NCBI GenBank assembly: GCA_963761825.1
Contig: CAVXIH010000009.1
Location: 542,632-606,631, forward strand
Reading direction: 5' to 3'
Source of the DNA: an uncultured Acidobacteriota bacterium
Lineage (GTDB): Bacteria; Acidobacteriota; UBA6911
DNA length: 64,000 nucleotides
In this document: positions 1-10,013 of the stretch, in pieces
How the letters are laid out: each line of letters opens with the position of its first letter
How positions within the stretch are numbered: the first letter of the stretch is position 1
Notes under the pieces: generated by a model
Told to the model about the DNA's origin: nothing
The model's input: only the letters and a program-made list of their open reading frames with translations
The model's database searches: none
Program-made: the position numbers and the translations under genes

Positions 1-65
1 TTGAGGAATTCATCATACTCAGGGCATTCGCCGGGATCAACATCCTAGTCCAATAGTTTTGGGAT

Positions 66-833
66 TTATAGAAATCGCAAGGCTAGCTTGAGTGCAGCGA
101 TCAGCAATATGCCGGCGGCGAAATTTATCAGGACGCGCGTGCGGCTGTGCTTTACCAGTTCGCCAAAGACCGCGTGAATAGCCAGGAATATGAATCCCCC
201 GCCGACATGCGCGATGATCGCATCCATCCAGAGCCCGGAGATCTGAGGAGCAGCCCACAGCCCAATCGCTCCGCCCAGCAGCGTCGTCGCCTCTACGGCG
301 GCAACCCATATCAGCGCAGTCCATCGCCCAAGTCCCGCAGCCAACAGCAAGGCGCACAGGGCGAGCCCTTCGGGCACTTTGTGCACGCAGATTGCGAGGA
401 GCAGAGAGAGATCGAGCCCCCCGGCCAATTCGGCTTCCTTCCCGATGGCGAGCGCCAGGCCGTCCATGGTGCTGTGCAAACCCAAAGCAATAACCATGGC
501 TGTGGCGATTTCGCTGAATCGGTGGGTCGTAGCTTCGTCAAAATGGCTCGCCGCGCATGCGGGACAAACATGAAATACATACCGGCTTATCAGCCAGAAG
601 AGCAGATATCCCGAAGCCAGCCCGAGCGCAAGCTGCCAGATTGGCAGTGCACTATAGCCTTCGGGAATGATGGAGAAGAGCGTAACGCCCAGGAGCGTGC
701 CGGCGGCAAGACTGATGAGGCGGCACAGCTTTTCATGCGTCATGGGCGTCAAAGAACTGATCACGCCTCCGAGCAAAGCTAGAGCAAAAGCCAGAAAAAC
801 CCTGAATGCCACCGCCCATGTGTCCTGCACCAT
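66..833 (-). CDS. ZIP family divalent metal (Zn/Fe) transporter, ZupT-like
   Basis: 255 aa polytopic membrane protein with a His-rich stretch and the HKVPEGLA ZIP signature helix. Confidence 0.75.
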   Translation of the reverse strand: MVQDTWAVAFRVFLAFALALLGGVISSLTPMTHEKLCRLISLAAGTLLGVTLFSIIPEGYSALPIWQLALGLASGYLLFWLISRYVFHVCPACAASHFDEATTHRFSEIATAMVIALGLHSTMDGLALAIGKEAELAGGLDLSLLLAICVHKVPEGLALCALLLAAGLGRWTALIWVAAVEATTLLGGAIGLWAAPQISGLWMDAIIAHVGGGFIFLAIHAVFGELVKHSRTRVLINFAAGILLIAALKLALRFL

Positions 834-951
834 GACTCACTCGCTTCCGTTACTCAGTTTCAGGGCTTTTGCCCGTTATGTCAATTGTGTTGGCATTTTC
901 CACATTCCTGTAGCGTTGTCAAGCCGCCAGAACAGCCGTCAGAACGCCAAC

Positions 952-993
952 GGTCGGAATCGGTATCGCTATCGCTATCGTATCGGTATCGGC
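952..993. repeat. GATACCG-unit intergenic repeat, copy A of 3
   Basis: ggtcggaatcggtatcgctatcgctatcgtatcggtatcggc. The same unit family recurs at 41288-41450 and 63718-63838. Confidence 0.5.
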
Positions 994-1137
994 TTTTAGC
1001 CGTCATTTGCAGCTATCTCCAAAAACCATTCCCGGAAACTCCTTAGTCCCATCCTTTTCGCTTGAGTTTTAGATCATCCGGACGGAAACTTTTAGCCTTT
1101 GGAGCAATCTATTATTTTCATGAAAAGGAGAATTTCG

Positions 1138-1794
1138 ATGCGTTTGAAAACACTGGTCTTGATGGTGATGGTTTCGATGTTTATGGCCGCGGTTGCCGGA
1201 TCGGCCATAGCGCAAGTCAACATGGATAAACTGATGAACCCCGCTCAATTGAACGAGACAGCCCCGGATAAATATAAAGTCAAATTTGACACTTCCAAGG
1301 GCGAATTTATGGTCGAGGTCACACGGGCCTGGGCGCCCAATGGAGCCGATCGCTTCTATAATCTGGTAAAAAATGGATTTTACGACAACTGCAAGTTCTT
1401 TAGGAATATAGAGGGCTTCATGGTGCAGTTCGGGATTAACGGCAATCCGAAGATAAACGCCGGAATGATGAAAGCCCGGATTAAAGACGACCCCGTCACA
1501 CAATCCAACAAGAGAGGATATATCACGTTCGCCATGGCCGGACCGAACACGCGTACGTCCCAGCTGTTTATCAACTTCGGAGACAATTCGAATCTGGACG
1601 CACAGGGATTCTCACCCTTTGGCAAAGTGACCAAGGGCATGAATGTAGTCGAATCGCTGTATAGCCAGTATGGCGGCAAGCCCAGCGATGCCCAGCAGCA
1701 AATCCAGATGGAAGGCAATGCGTTCCTGGAAAAGAATTATCCAAAGCTTGATTTCATCAAGACGGCGACTATCGTTCCTGCCGAAGAAAAATAG
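1138..1794 (+). CDS. peptidyl-prolyl cis-trans isomerase, cyclophilin type, secreted
   Basis: AAGGAG RBS 7 nt upstream of ATG 1138. Signal peptide MRLKTLVLMVMVSMFMAAVAGSAIA. Cyclophilin motifs FFRNIEGFMVQFG and FAMAGPNTRTSQLFINF. Confidence 0.8.
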   Translation: MRLKTLVLMVMVSMFMAAVAGSAIAQVNMDKLMNPAQLNETAPDKYKVKFDTSKGEFMVEVTRAWAPNGADRFYNLVKNGFYDNCKFFRNIEGFMVQFGINGNPKINAGMMKARIKDDPVTQSNKRGYITFAMAGPNTRTSQLFINFGDNSNLDAQGFSPFGKVTKGMNVVESLYSQYGGKPSDAQQQIQMEGNAFLEKNYPKLDFIKTATIVPAEEK

Positions 1795-1902
1795 ATCCAA
1801 CCAACATCCGGGACTTGGAGTCTTAGAGTAAACCGCACTTCTTATAACTCTAAGACTCCAAGCCTCAAACAAACCCGCCCCCAACATACAATGTACAATT
1901 AT

Positions 1903-1929
1903 GGTGACAGTCACCATAACCTCGAAATT
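1903..1929 (+). repeat. REP element, 27-nt family ggtgacagtcaccataacctcgaaatt, copy 1
   Basis: Contains the perfect palindrome GGTGACaGTCACC. Exact copy of the units flanking the RAYT gene at 17805. Confidence 0.7.
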
Positions 1930-1947
1930 TCCGCCTGGTGGTATTTC

Positions 1948-1974
1948 GGTGACAGTCACCATAACCTCGAAATT
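1948..1974 (+). repeat. REP element, same family, copy 2 (tandem with copy 1)
   Basis: Exact 27-nt repeat. The spacer tccgcctggtggtatttc is also found next to the copy at 18493. Confidence 0.7.
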
Positions 1975-2097
1975 CACTCCTATGAAAACAAAGGGTTTAT
2001 AGTGAGTGCCTCTATCCCATATTGGGGGCGTCTATAAACCTGTATTTATGCTAATTTATTCTTTTTATTAAGTTTATGCGAATTCATAGCCTAACGG

Positions 2098-2130
2098 AAT
2101 TTCGAGGTTATGGTGACTGTCACCGAAATT
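2098..2130 (-). repeat. REP element, same family, inverted copy
   Basis: aatttcgaggttatggtgactgtcaccgaaatt is the reverse complement of the REP unit. Together with 1903-1974 it forms an inverted cluster in the 5' region of the E1-alpha gene. Confidence 0.7.
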
Positions 2131-2150
2131 ACTTGCATCCTCCGGTGGCA

Positions 2151-3185
2151 ATGGCCTATAAACCCCACGTTGCCCGGCAGGGCTGCCATAATCTCAATGC
2201 TTTGGATGGGAGGTATCCCTTGGAATTGGATAAAAAGACGCTGATTGATTTATACACCACGATGTTGACCATTCGGCGCTTCGAGGAGCGGGCATACCAC
2301 GAGTTCTATACCGGGAACCTATTCGGCTTCGTCCACTCCTATATCGGCCAGGAAGCGATCGCCACCGGGGTGTGCGCACACTTGACCAAAGAAGACCGCA
2401 TCGTCAGCAATCACCGGGGACACGGTCACTGCATCGCCAAGGGTGCGGATATGAAGAAGATGATGGCCGAGATCTACGGCAAGAAGACCGGCTACTGCAA
2501 GGGCAAGGGCGGCTCCATGCACATCGCGGACTTCAGCATCGGCATGCTGGGAGCGGACGGCATTGTCGGAGCCGGGCTTCCGATCGCCAGCGGCGCGGCG
2601 TTCGCCGCTCAGCTCGAAAAAAAAGGCACCATCGCAGCCGTGTTCTTCGGCGACGGAGCCTGCAATGAAGGGGAATTCCACGAAGCACTCAATCTGGCTG
2701 GAATCTGGAAACTGCCGTTGCTCTTCGTGTGCGAAAATAATCAGTACGGGGTGAATACACCGGCAAGCTACGCAATGTCGGCAAAAGACATCACCCGAAT
2801 ACCGGAAGCGTATCACATCAAGAACAATGTCATTTACGGCAACGACGTCGAGACTGTCTACCAGGCGGCGGAAGAAGCCATCGCCATTCTTAGAAGAGGG
2901 GAGGGCCCTTACTTTCTGGAATGCCAGACCTACCGCTGGCATAAGCATTTCCTTTCCAAGGCGCTTGAAGATCTGCGCCCTGCAGAAGAACTTGAGGCAT
3001 GGAAGAAGAAATGCCCCGTGGCGGCATTCGAAACAAAATTGCTTCGCCAGGGAATTTTGACGCCTCCCGATGTTCAATCCATCAACGAAAAGATTATGGC
3101 GCAGATTGAGGAGGCGTGCAGGTTCGCCGTCGACAGCCCTTACCCTCAACCCCAGGATGCCCTGGAAGACGTGTACTCAGCCTGA
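2151..3185 (+). CDS. TPP-dependent 2-oxoacid (pyruvate/acetoin) dehydrogenase E1 component, alpha subunit
   Basis: MLTIRRFEERAY, YIGQEAIATG, GDGACNEGEFHEALNLA and NNQYG motifs typical of E1-alpha. Start chosen downstream of the REP (ORF track opens at 2076). Confidence 0.75.
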   Translation: MAYKPHVARQGCHNLNALDGRYPLELDKKTLIDLYTTMLTIRRFEERAYHEFYTGNLFGFVHSYIGQEAIATGVCAHLTKEDRIVSNHRGHGHCIAKGADMKKMMAEIYGKKTGYCKGKGGSMHIADFSIGMLGADGIVGAGLPIASGAAFAAQLEKKGTIAAVFFGDGACNEGEFHEALNLAGIWKLPLLFVCENNQYGVNTPASYAMSAKDITRIPEAYHIKNNVIYGNDVETVYQAAEEAIAILRRGEGPYFLECQTYRWHKHFLSKALEDLRPAEELEAWKKKCPVAAFETKLLRQGILTPPDVQSINEKIMAQIEEACRFAVDSPYPQPQDALEDVYSA

Positions 3186-3248
3186 TGGCAAAAGGATTTC
3201 ACCTGGGTGGGCCGTCCCCGAATCGGCCGGCAGGTGCGGGAGATACAG

Positions 3249-4205
3249 ATGAGAGAAATCACATACGAGCAGGCAACTCTGGAAGCGATTCAGGAGGAAT
3301 TCCGCAGAAACCCCAAAACGGTCCACATGTCCACGGATCTTCCGGCCGAGTTGCAGCGGGAGTTCGGTGCGGACAGGATACGCGTCACGCCGATTGCCGA
3401 AAATAATTTTGTTGGCGCATCGATAGGCCTGGCCGGATCAGGCTTCAGAACCGTCGCCAATATTCGCATGGCAACCTTCGGCTTTGTCGCGCTGGACCAG
3501 TTTATGAATCATGCCGCAAAAATCACCTACATGTTCGGCGGCCAGGCGAAGTTTCCAATTTTATACCGGATGACCGTGGGCGCCGGAATCTCCGCGGCTG
3601 CGGAGCATTCGATCAGCCCCTACTCCATGTACATGAACGTGCCGGGACTGAAGATCATTCTGCCGACGACTCCGTACGACGCAAAGGGTTTGCTCAAAAC
3701 CGCCCTAAGAGATAACAATCCTGTGATCTCCTTTGAACACGTGCTGCTGGGGGGGATGAAGGGCGAAGTGCCGGAAGAGGAATATTTCGTCCCTTTCGGC
3801 CAGGCCAAGATACGGAAGGAAGGCACGGATGTGACCGTGGTCGCTTTTGCCAAGATGGTGTATGACGCGCTGGAAGCCGCCGTCGATCTGGCAAAGGAGG
3901 GAATTTCGCTCGAAGTCATCGATCCGAGAACACTCGCCCCGCTGGACCGCGAGACCATTCTTCAATCCACCCGAAAGACCGGTCGCCTGGTAGTCGTGGA
4001 CGAAGCCTGTCAAACCTGCGGCGTTGCGGCCGAAATCATTGCCTCAGTAACTGCCGACAACGATACTTTCAGCAAATTGAAGGCTCATCCGGCGAGGGTC
4101 TGCGGGCTGGACATTCCTATTCCCTTCAGCCCGCCGATGGAAAAATTTGCTATCCCGGACAAAGCCAAAATCGTAAAGGCTGTAAAAGAAGTGATGGGCT
4201 GTTAG
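3249..4205 (+). CDS. 2-oxoacid dehydrogenase E1 component, beta subunit (transketolase-like)
   Basis: MREITYEQATLEAIQEEFRRNPKTVHMSTDL N-terminus and a transketolase C-terminal domain. No E2/E3 genes adjacent. Confidence 0.75.
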   Translation: MREITYEQATLEAIQEEFRRNPKTVHMSTDLPAELQREFGADRIRVTPIAENNFVGASIGLAGSGFRTVANIRMATFGFVALDQFMNHAAKITYMFGGQAKFPILYRMTVGAGISAAAEHSISPYSMYMNVPGLKIILPTTPYDAKGLLKTALRDNNPVISFEHVLLGGMKGEVPEEEYFVPFGQAKIRKEGTDVTVVAFAKMVYDALEAAVDLAKEGISLEVIDPRTLAPLDRETILQSTRKTGRLVVVDEACQTCGVAAEIIASVTADNDTFSKLKAHPARVCGLDIPIPFSPPMEKFAIPDKAKIVKAVKEVMGC

Positions 4206-4290
4206 AAAAGCAATCGGCAAGTTTTTCCTCATGTGAGTCGGGGCTTCAGCCTCGACCCACATGAAGAATTAGAAGAAGAAACTACGCTAC

Positions 4291-4959
4291 TCACACTTTG
4301 TGCTCTTTGCGGACGACTTTGCGGGCGCCGCTGTACCACGCCGAACTCCAGTCCTTGGGAGGGACAACTTCCTCGAGACGATCAAGCTGACCGATGTTTT
4401 TCAGCCTTTCATAGATGAGCTGCCAGGCACATGGCCGGTCTGAATCCACCTCGCACCGGTGCTCCAGCGAACCGCCGCAGGGTCCGTTCAACAGCCGTTT
4501 CGCGCATCGCGTCACGGGGCAAATCCCGCCGAATTGCGCCAGCATGCAGTCCCCGCAACCAAGACACTTTTCCGTCCAGACGGCCTGATCTTCCAGAACT
4601 CCCAGAAATTGCGTGTTCAGTCCGGCATACACCGGCTTGTCCGGAAAACGCTCCGCAATGGCCTGCACGCCCGCGCCGCATCCGAATGAAACAATTGCTT
4701 CGACCTTGGACGCCGGTTCGGCCAGATCCTTCAGGAATTCGTTTTCGCACTGCCGCTCGATAGTGATTTGAGTGATTTCGATGGGATTGCGGTCGAGCTT
4801 GCGCGCCATGCGGACCGCATAGGAGCTGATGCTGACTTCGCGCTCGCCGCCCGCGAGACAGACCGTCACGCACGTGCCGCATCCCACAAAAAGGACCTTT
4901 TTGTGTTGGGTAATTATGGATTTCAGTTCTGTGATGGATTTCGGTGAAGCAACGATCAT
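4291..4959 (-). CDS. metV: MetV, methylenetetrahydrofolate reductase C-terminal-domain zinc-ribbon protein
   Basis: Cys motifs GCGTCV, GCGAG, CLGCGDC and CAKRLLNGPCGG. 55-60% identical paralog at 48367-49038. Confidence 0.7.
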   Translation of the reverse strand: MIVASPKSITELKSIITQHKKVLFVGCGTCVTVCLAGGEREVSISSYAVRMARKLDRNPIEITQITIERQCENEFLKDLAEPASKVEAIVSFGCGAGVQAIAERFPDKPVYAGLNTQFLGVLEDQAVWTEKCLGCGDCMLAQFGGICPVTRCAKRLLNGPCGGSLEHRCEVDSDRPCAWQLIYERLKNIGQLDRLEEVVPPKDWSSAWYSGARKVVRKEHKV

Positions 4960-5456
4960 AATCTGCCTGCGCTTTCTTTCTTTTCAGGTTGTCTGAGCGG
5001 ATTGGGGCCCAGCGTCCCGATTTGGTCCATAATTTCCTGGATATGTTGCACAAATGCCGAGGCCATGGAATCGGAGAGGTTCACCATTTGGAGCCGCTCG
5101 CCACCAAGGCCGATTTCATCGAGGACTTCGCGGATCCGGTCCGTGCGTTTTCGCGCCCGCAGATTGCCCTCCACAAAATGGCAGCCGCCCTCGAGGCAAC
5201 CGACAATAAGAACTCCGTCGACGCCCTTTTCAAATGCTTCCAGGATGTGCTCCATTTCAAGCTTGCCTGTGCATGGGACAGAGATGATCCGCACGCCGAC
5301 AGGATATTGCATCCGTTTGGATCCCGCCAGGGCCGCCGCCGAAAACGCACAATAACTGCAGCAGAAGGCGATTATCTCCGGATCCCAGCTTAATTGCGGC
5401 GCCGGGCTTGCCGCCCCCGCGTTTACTTTTGCCGTTTGCCCGCCGACCTGAATCAT
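4956..5456 (-). CDS. mvhD: MvhD, methyl-viologen-reducing hydrogenase delta-subunit family protein (Hdr-associated)
   Basis: IIAFCCSYCAFSAAALAG...VPCTGK...GVDGVLIVGCLEGGCHF, the MvhD [2Fe-2S] signature. Confidence 0.8.
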   Translation of the reverse strand: MIQVGGQTAKVNAGAASPAPQLSWDPEIIAFCCSYCAFSAAALAGSKRMQYPVGVRIISVPCTGKLEMEHILEAFEKGVDGVLIVGCLEGGCHFVEGNLRARKRTDRIREVLDEIGLGGERLQMVNLSDSMASAFVQHIQEIMDQIGTLGPNPLRQPEKKESAGRL

Positions 5457-8400
5457 ACGGCACCTCCCACGAGCAGCTCATCGAGCATCGCCACCATGGT
5501 TTCGCTTTCCTGATGCTGCAGCGCAATCGTCCTGGCCGGACAGGCCGCCGCGCAACTTCCGCATCCGACACACTTGGTGCTCTGAATCTCCGCTTTCCTG
5601 AGTTCGTTGATCATCGGAGCGCCGTACGGACATATCTTGACGCACGTTGCGCACGCCACGCAGTCCACCTGCTTGATGAACGCGATCCGGCCCATGATTT
5701 CCAGCTGGCTCTTCGAAAGAATCGTGGAAGCGCGCGCAGCCACAGCCTGGGCCTGCGCGATGGTCTCATCCATGAAACGCGGCGAATGCGCCCATCCGCA
5801 CAGGTATTCGCCCTCGTTCGTTAAATCCACCGGGCGTAGTTTGGGATGCGCTTCCTGGAAAAACCCGTCTGCCCCCAGGGCGCTGCGCAGCAGGGTCGAG
5901 AGCGCCGGATTGTTCGCCGCCGGCGAAACACCCACTGAAAGCACCAGCAGATCCGCACCGATAGTTAAGTCCCGGTTGGCCGACGTATCGCAGACCTTCA
6001 CGTTGATCCGGCCGTTCACCTCTGAGACCTCCGGCGCAATCTTTCCGGTATGCCGGATAAACTGCACGCCCTGTTCGAGAGCTTTCTGAAAGAATAGTTC
6101 GCGGAATCCGCTGGTCCGCATATCACGCCCGACAATAATAACTTTGGCTTGCGGTAACCGGCGCTTGATTTCCAGAGCGTTTTTGACCGCCTCCGCACAA
6201 CAGACGCGGCTGCAATAGGGATTCTTTTCGTCACGGCTTTCCACGCATTGGATCATAAGAATGGTAGGCTCTTTTTTGTTTCGCAATCCCGCTGGCAGAT
6301 CACCGCCCGCCAACATGGACTCCAGCCTGCTCTGAGTCACCACGCGCCGGCTTTTCCCATGAAGAAATTGTTCGGTGGTCCGTTCCTGCCCTCCCGTGGC
6401 AACAATCACGACACCGTGTTCTATGGTCGTTTCCTTTCCCGCCACATTCAGAGTGCTCGTGAAATTGCCCGCCTGGCCGGCAATTCCTGCAAGCGCGGAA
6501 TTCAGGTAGACGCTGATCCTCGGGATTGGTCATGGTCCTGTCGATCATTTGCCGCAAGTGATCCTGAACATCGATCTGTTCCAGCGTCGTGTGAATATTT
6601 CGCAGCAGTCCGCCGAGAGAGGATTCCTGCTCCACGAGATGAACCCGGAATCCCTGGTCCGCAATATTTTGAGCAGCCGTCATTCCGGCCAGTCCTCCAC
6701 CCAGAACAAGTGCGGAGGCCGTCACCGGCATCTCGTACAGCGGCTGCGCCTTCAAATGCCTCGCCCGGGCAACGGCCATGGAGACCAGATCGAGGGCCTT
6801 GGCTGTAGCCGCCTTCGGATCGTCCCGATGCACCCAGGAACACTGGTCGCGGATATTCGTCATGGCGAAGAGGAACTGGTTCAGTCCGCTCTCGCGCAGA
6901 GTTTCCTGGAACAGGACTTCGTGCGTCCGCGACGAACAGGAGGCCACGACCAGGCGGTTAAGCCGGTGTTTGCGGATCAATTCCTTGATGTGTTGCTGGT
7001 TGGTATCCGAACACGTATACACGCTGGCTTCCGCATGCACGACATTGGGCATCTTCGCCGCCTTTCCGGCCACCCAATCCACATCGACTACCGACGAAAT
7101 ATTGCGTCCGCACTGGCAAACGAAAACGCCGATGCGCGGCGACTCATCCGTAATATCCCGCTCCCATGGATATTCGTGCTGCTGGATCATCGTCCCGCGC
7201 ACAGAGGTCAGCTGTCCCATGGCGCAGGCGGCCGCAGCAGATCCCTGTGCAACCGACTCCGGAATATCCTTCGGCTCCTGAAATGCCCCGGCCACGTAGA
7301 TGCCCGGACGGGAGGTGGCCAGCGGCTGAAGCCGTTGCGTTTGAGCGAAGCCGAACCGGTTGAGATCGAGGTTCAGCCTGCCGGCCATCTCCTTCACCTC
7401 CGAGGGGACCTGAATGCCCGCGCTCAGCACCACCAGGTCAAATTCCTGCTGCTGCCCTGCGCCGGCCGGGTCGACGTAGCTCAGCTGCAGGTTGTTTCCT
7501 GGAAGCTCCGCAACACGGAAAGAGCCCGCCCGGATGAACTTCACTCCATATTCATCGCCGGCCCGATCGATATAGCCATCGAACTCTTTGCCTGCGGCGC
7601 GCACATCCGAGCAGAAGATGGAAATATCCATGGGTGCGCCCTGGCTGTGTTCGGATGCGACGATCGCTTCCTTGACGGCGGCCATGCAGCAAACAGAGGA
7701 ACAATAGGCGTTGCCGCGGACAGGATCCCTGCTCCCTACGCACTGAAGGAAGGCAATTCTTTTCACCGCACTCCCGTCAGAAAGTCGCTGCAGGCTGCCT
7801 CCGGTCGGCCCCGTCGCCGCCAGCATGCGCTCGAACTGCATGCTGGATAGAACATTTGCGAAACGGCCGTAGCCCAGCTCTTCCCAAAGAGAGGCCTGGA
7901 ATTCCTCGACGCCGGGCGCAAAAATAATGCTGCCGACTTCGATGTCCGTCTCCACTGTCTGCTGATCATGCACAATCGCGCCTGCAGAGCATGCCTTGAC
8001 GCATTCCATGCATTCGCTGCACAGGCTGCAGGACAGACAGCGCTTCGCTTCGAGCATTGCTTGTTCAGAGACTGAATCCCAGGTCGATTTCAGACAGATC
8101 CCGCAGACGTGCTGCGACCTCCGCCTGCGGCATCCGGACACTATTCCGCAGTGCTGCGTCCGGTTTGGGATTGGGGGCAAGAGGCGCGCGCATTCGTTTT
8201 CACCGCAGCGGCATTCTTGGGAGCGTCGGTGCTTCGGATACTGGCAGCGCCGCGGATGAACGCATCGATCGATTCCGCCGCTTTGTGTCCCTGGGCTATC
8301 GCTTCAACAACGGACGCAGGACCCAGCGCCGCATCCCCTCCGGCAAAAATGCCTTTGATGCCGGTGGCAAGAGTATCTTTGTCCGCCAAAATCCTTCCGC

Positions 8401-9972
8401 CGGGACGCGGCTCCATGCCGATCCGGGAGGAGTTCGCTGCACGCCCGACAGCCACGAGGATCGTGTCGGTCTTGATAGAAGAGATTTGGGAATCGTCGAA
8501 CAGGGGATTGTAGCGTTTAAATCCTCTGTACACATCGAACACACTCGTGCAGGCGCGGAAAGTCACCGAAGAAACACGTTCGTGCTCCGCCTCTATTCTG
8601 GTTGGGCTTAAACCATTGTGGATTTCCACGCCTTCTTCAACAGCCTGGGCAACCCGCTCCGGAAGAGCGGACATTTCGGATCGGCTCTCCATGCAGGCGA
8701 GGTGCACGGACTTCACGCCCGGCAATCGCAGCGCTGTGCGCGCGGCATCCAAAGCAGGATCGGAACTGCCGATGCACCAGGACGCTGGGACCGATTTCGG
8801 GGAGCATTGCCGGAATTTGCCTCGCAAAGGAAATTTAATCCGTCCAGCACACCCTGCGCATCCTCGCCGGGAATTCCCAGTTTGCGATTCTCCCAGGCGC
8901 CGGTGGCGACAAAAACCGCATGAAACCCTTCCGCCGTTGCGGAGCTTCCGCTCGATTGCGGGTCGGACCGGAGAAGGTTCTTCGGTGCAGCCACTGTGGT
9001 GCCGGTTTTTACTTCCACTCCCAGGCTGATGATCGCCTGAATTTCCTTGTCGAGGACTTCTTTAGGCAGGCGGTACGCAGGGATGCCGTATCGGAGCATT
9101 CCACCCAGCTGCGGCTTCGCTTCAAACAGCGTCACACTATAGCCCATCAGCGTCAGATCGGTTGCCGCCGTCAATCCGGCAGGACCTCCGCCTATGACGG
9201 CGACTTTTTCTTCCAATGAAACGGGCGCAGGCGAAAACGCCGGGACAGGATTCGAATGAATGAAGTCACCGACAAACCGTTCCAGGTGGCCGAAATATAC
9301 GGCTTCATCGACCGCTGCGCGATTGCAGTGGTTCTGGCAGGGGTGCGGACAGACGCGTCCGCAGGAAGCCGGAATCGGGCAGCGCTGACGGATGAGCTCA
9401 TACGCTTCCGGAATTTTGCCCGCGGAAATAAGGGCTACCGCGCCCGGCACATTGATGCCCGCCGGACAAGCGGCTTTGCACGGGGCAGTCCCGGAGGCTT
9501 TGGAAATACTGTATGCGCTGGGAATCGCCTGAGGATACAGTTGAAAAATCGCCTTGCGCGAACTTAAGCCGCGGTCAAATTCGCTTGGAAGGTTGACAGG
9601 GCAGACGGCGGCGCAATCGCCGCAGGCCTCGCATTTTTTAATATCGACATAGCGCGGATTCTGGCGAATCTTGACTTTGAAACGCCCCGGCTGGCCGGAG
9701 ACATCCTGGATATCCGCCAGCGTGATAATTTCTATGTTCCTGTTCCGGGCGCACTCCACCAATTTGGGCGAGAGAATGCACATCGCGCAGTCGCCGGTTG
9801 GAAAAGTTTTATCGAGCTGCGCCATGCGTCCGCCAATCGCCGCGGCGGCATCCAGCAGGTAGACCTTGAAACCGCTCCCTGCAAGGTCAAGGGAAGCCTG
9901 AACTCCGGCAATCCCTCCTCCGCAAACCAGCACTGCCCCTATATTGTCGTTCTCTATCATTGTCATAACCAA
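5453..9972 (-). CDS. hdrA: HdrA-like megafusion: HdrA N-terminal FAD and ferredoxin, GltD/NfnB-like NAD(P)H-flavin oxidoreductase, then a complete second HdrA module. Disrupted by 3 frameshifts.
   Basis: Pieces are ORFs 8713-9972, 8141-8827, 6300-8180 and 5453-6445, all collinear with the plus-strand paralog at 43223-47717. Motifs GGGIAG, CEACGDC, GltD-type AVIGGGPAG and IFAGGD, HdrA CVGSRD...CSSVCC, FVCQCG...CSWVH, and C-terminal CVACATC...CVGCGSCAAACP. One shift was traced to a single extra G at about 6500. Confidence 0.75.
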
Positions 9973-9973
9973 T

Positions 9974-10004
9974 TTCAGATTCCAGATTCCAAATTCCAGA
10001 TTCG
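9974..10004. repeat. AGATTCC heptamer tandem array (intergenic)
   Basis: tttcagattccagattccaaattccagattcg lies between gltB1-B3 and hdrA. The same unit is repeated at 61131-61160. Confidence 0.5.
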
Positions 10005-10013
10005 CATCTCGAA

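Noticed and set aside
952-993. ORF-track peptides RYRYRYRIGIGF, GIGIGIGIGYRVSV and DSDSDSDSE (667-999, 41124-41450, 41262-41627, 63712-63933).
   Set aside because: These are translations of the GATACCG-unit repeats. They are reported as repeats, not genes.
6549-7850. 433-aa plus-strand ORF antisense to hdrA. Similar long antisense ORFs occur at 13108-14769, 18645-20006, 45969-47669, 56456-57991, 2319-3149 and 22889-23716.
   Set aside because: These are typical high-GC shadow ORFs. They are Arg/Pro/Gly-rich and carry no motifs. In every case the opposite strand encodes a strongly supported protein.
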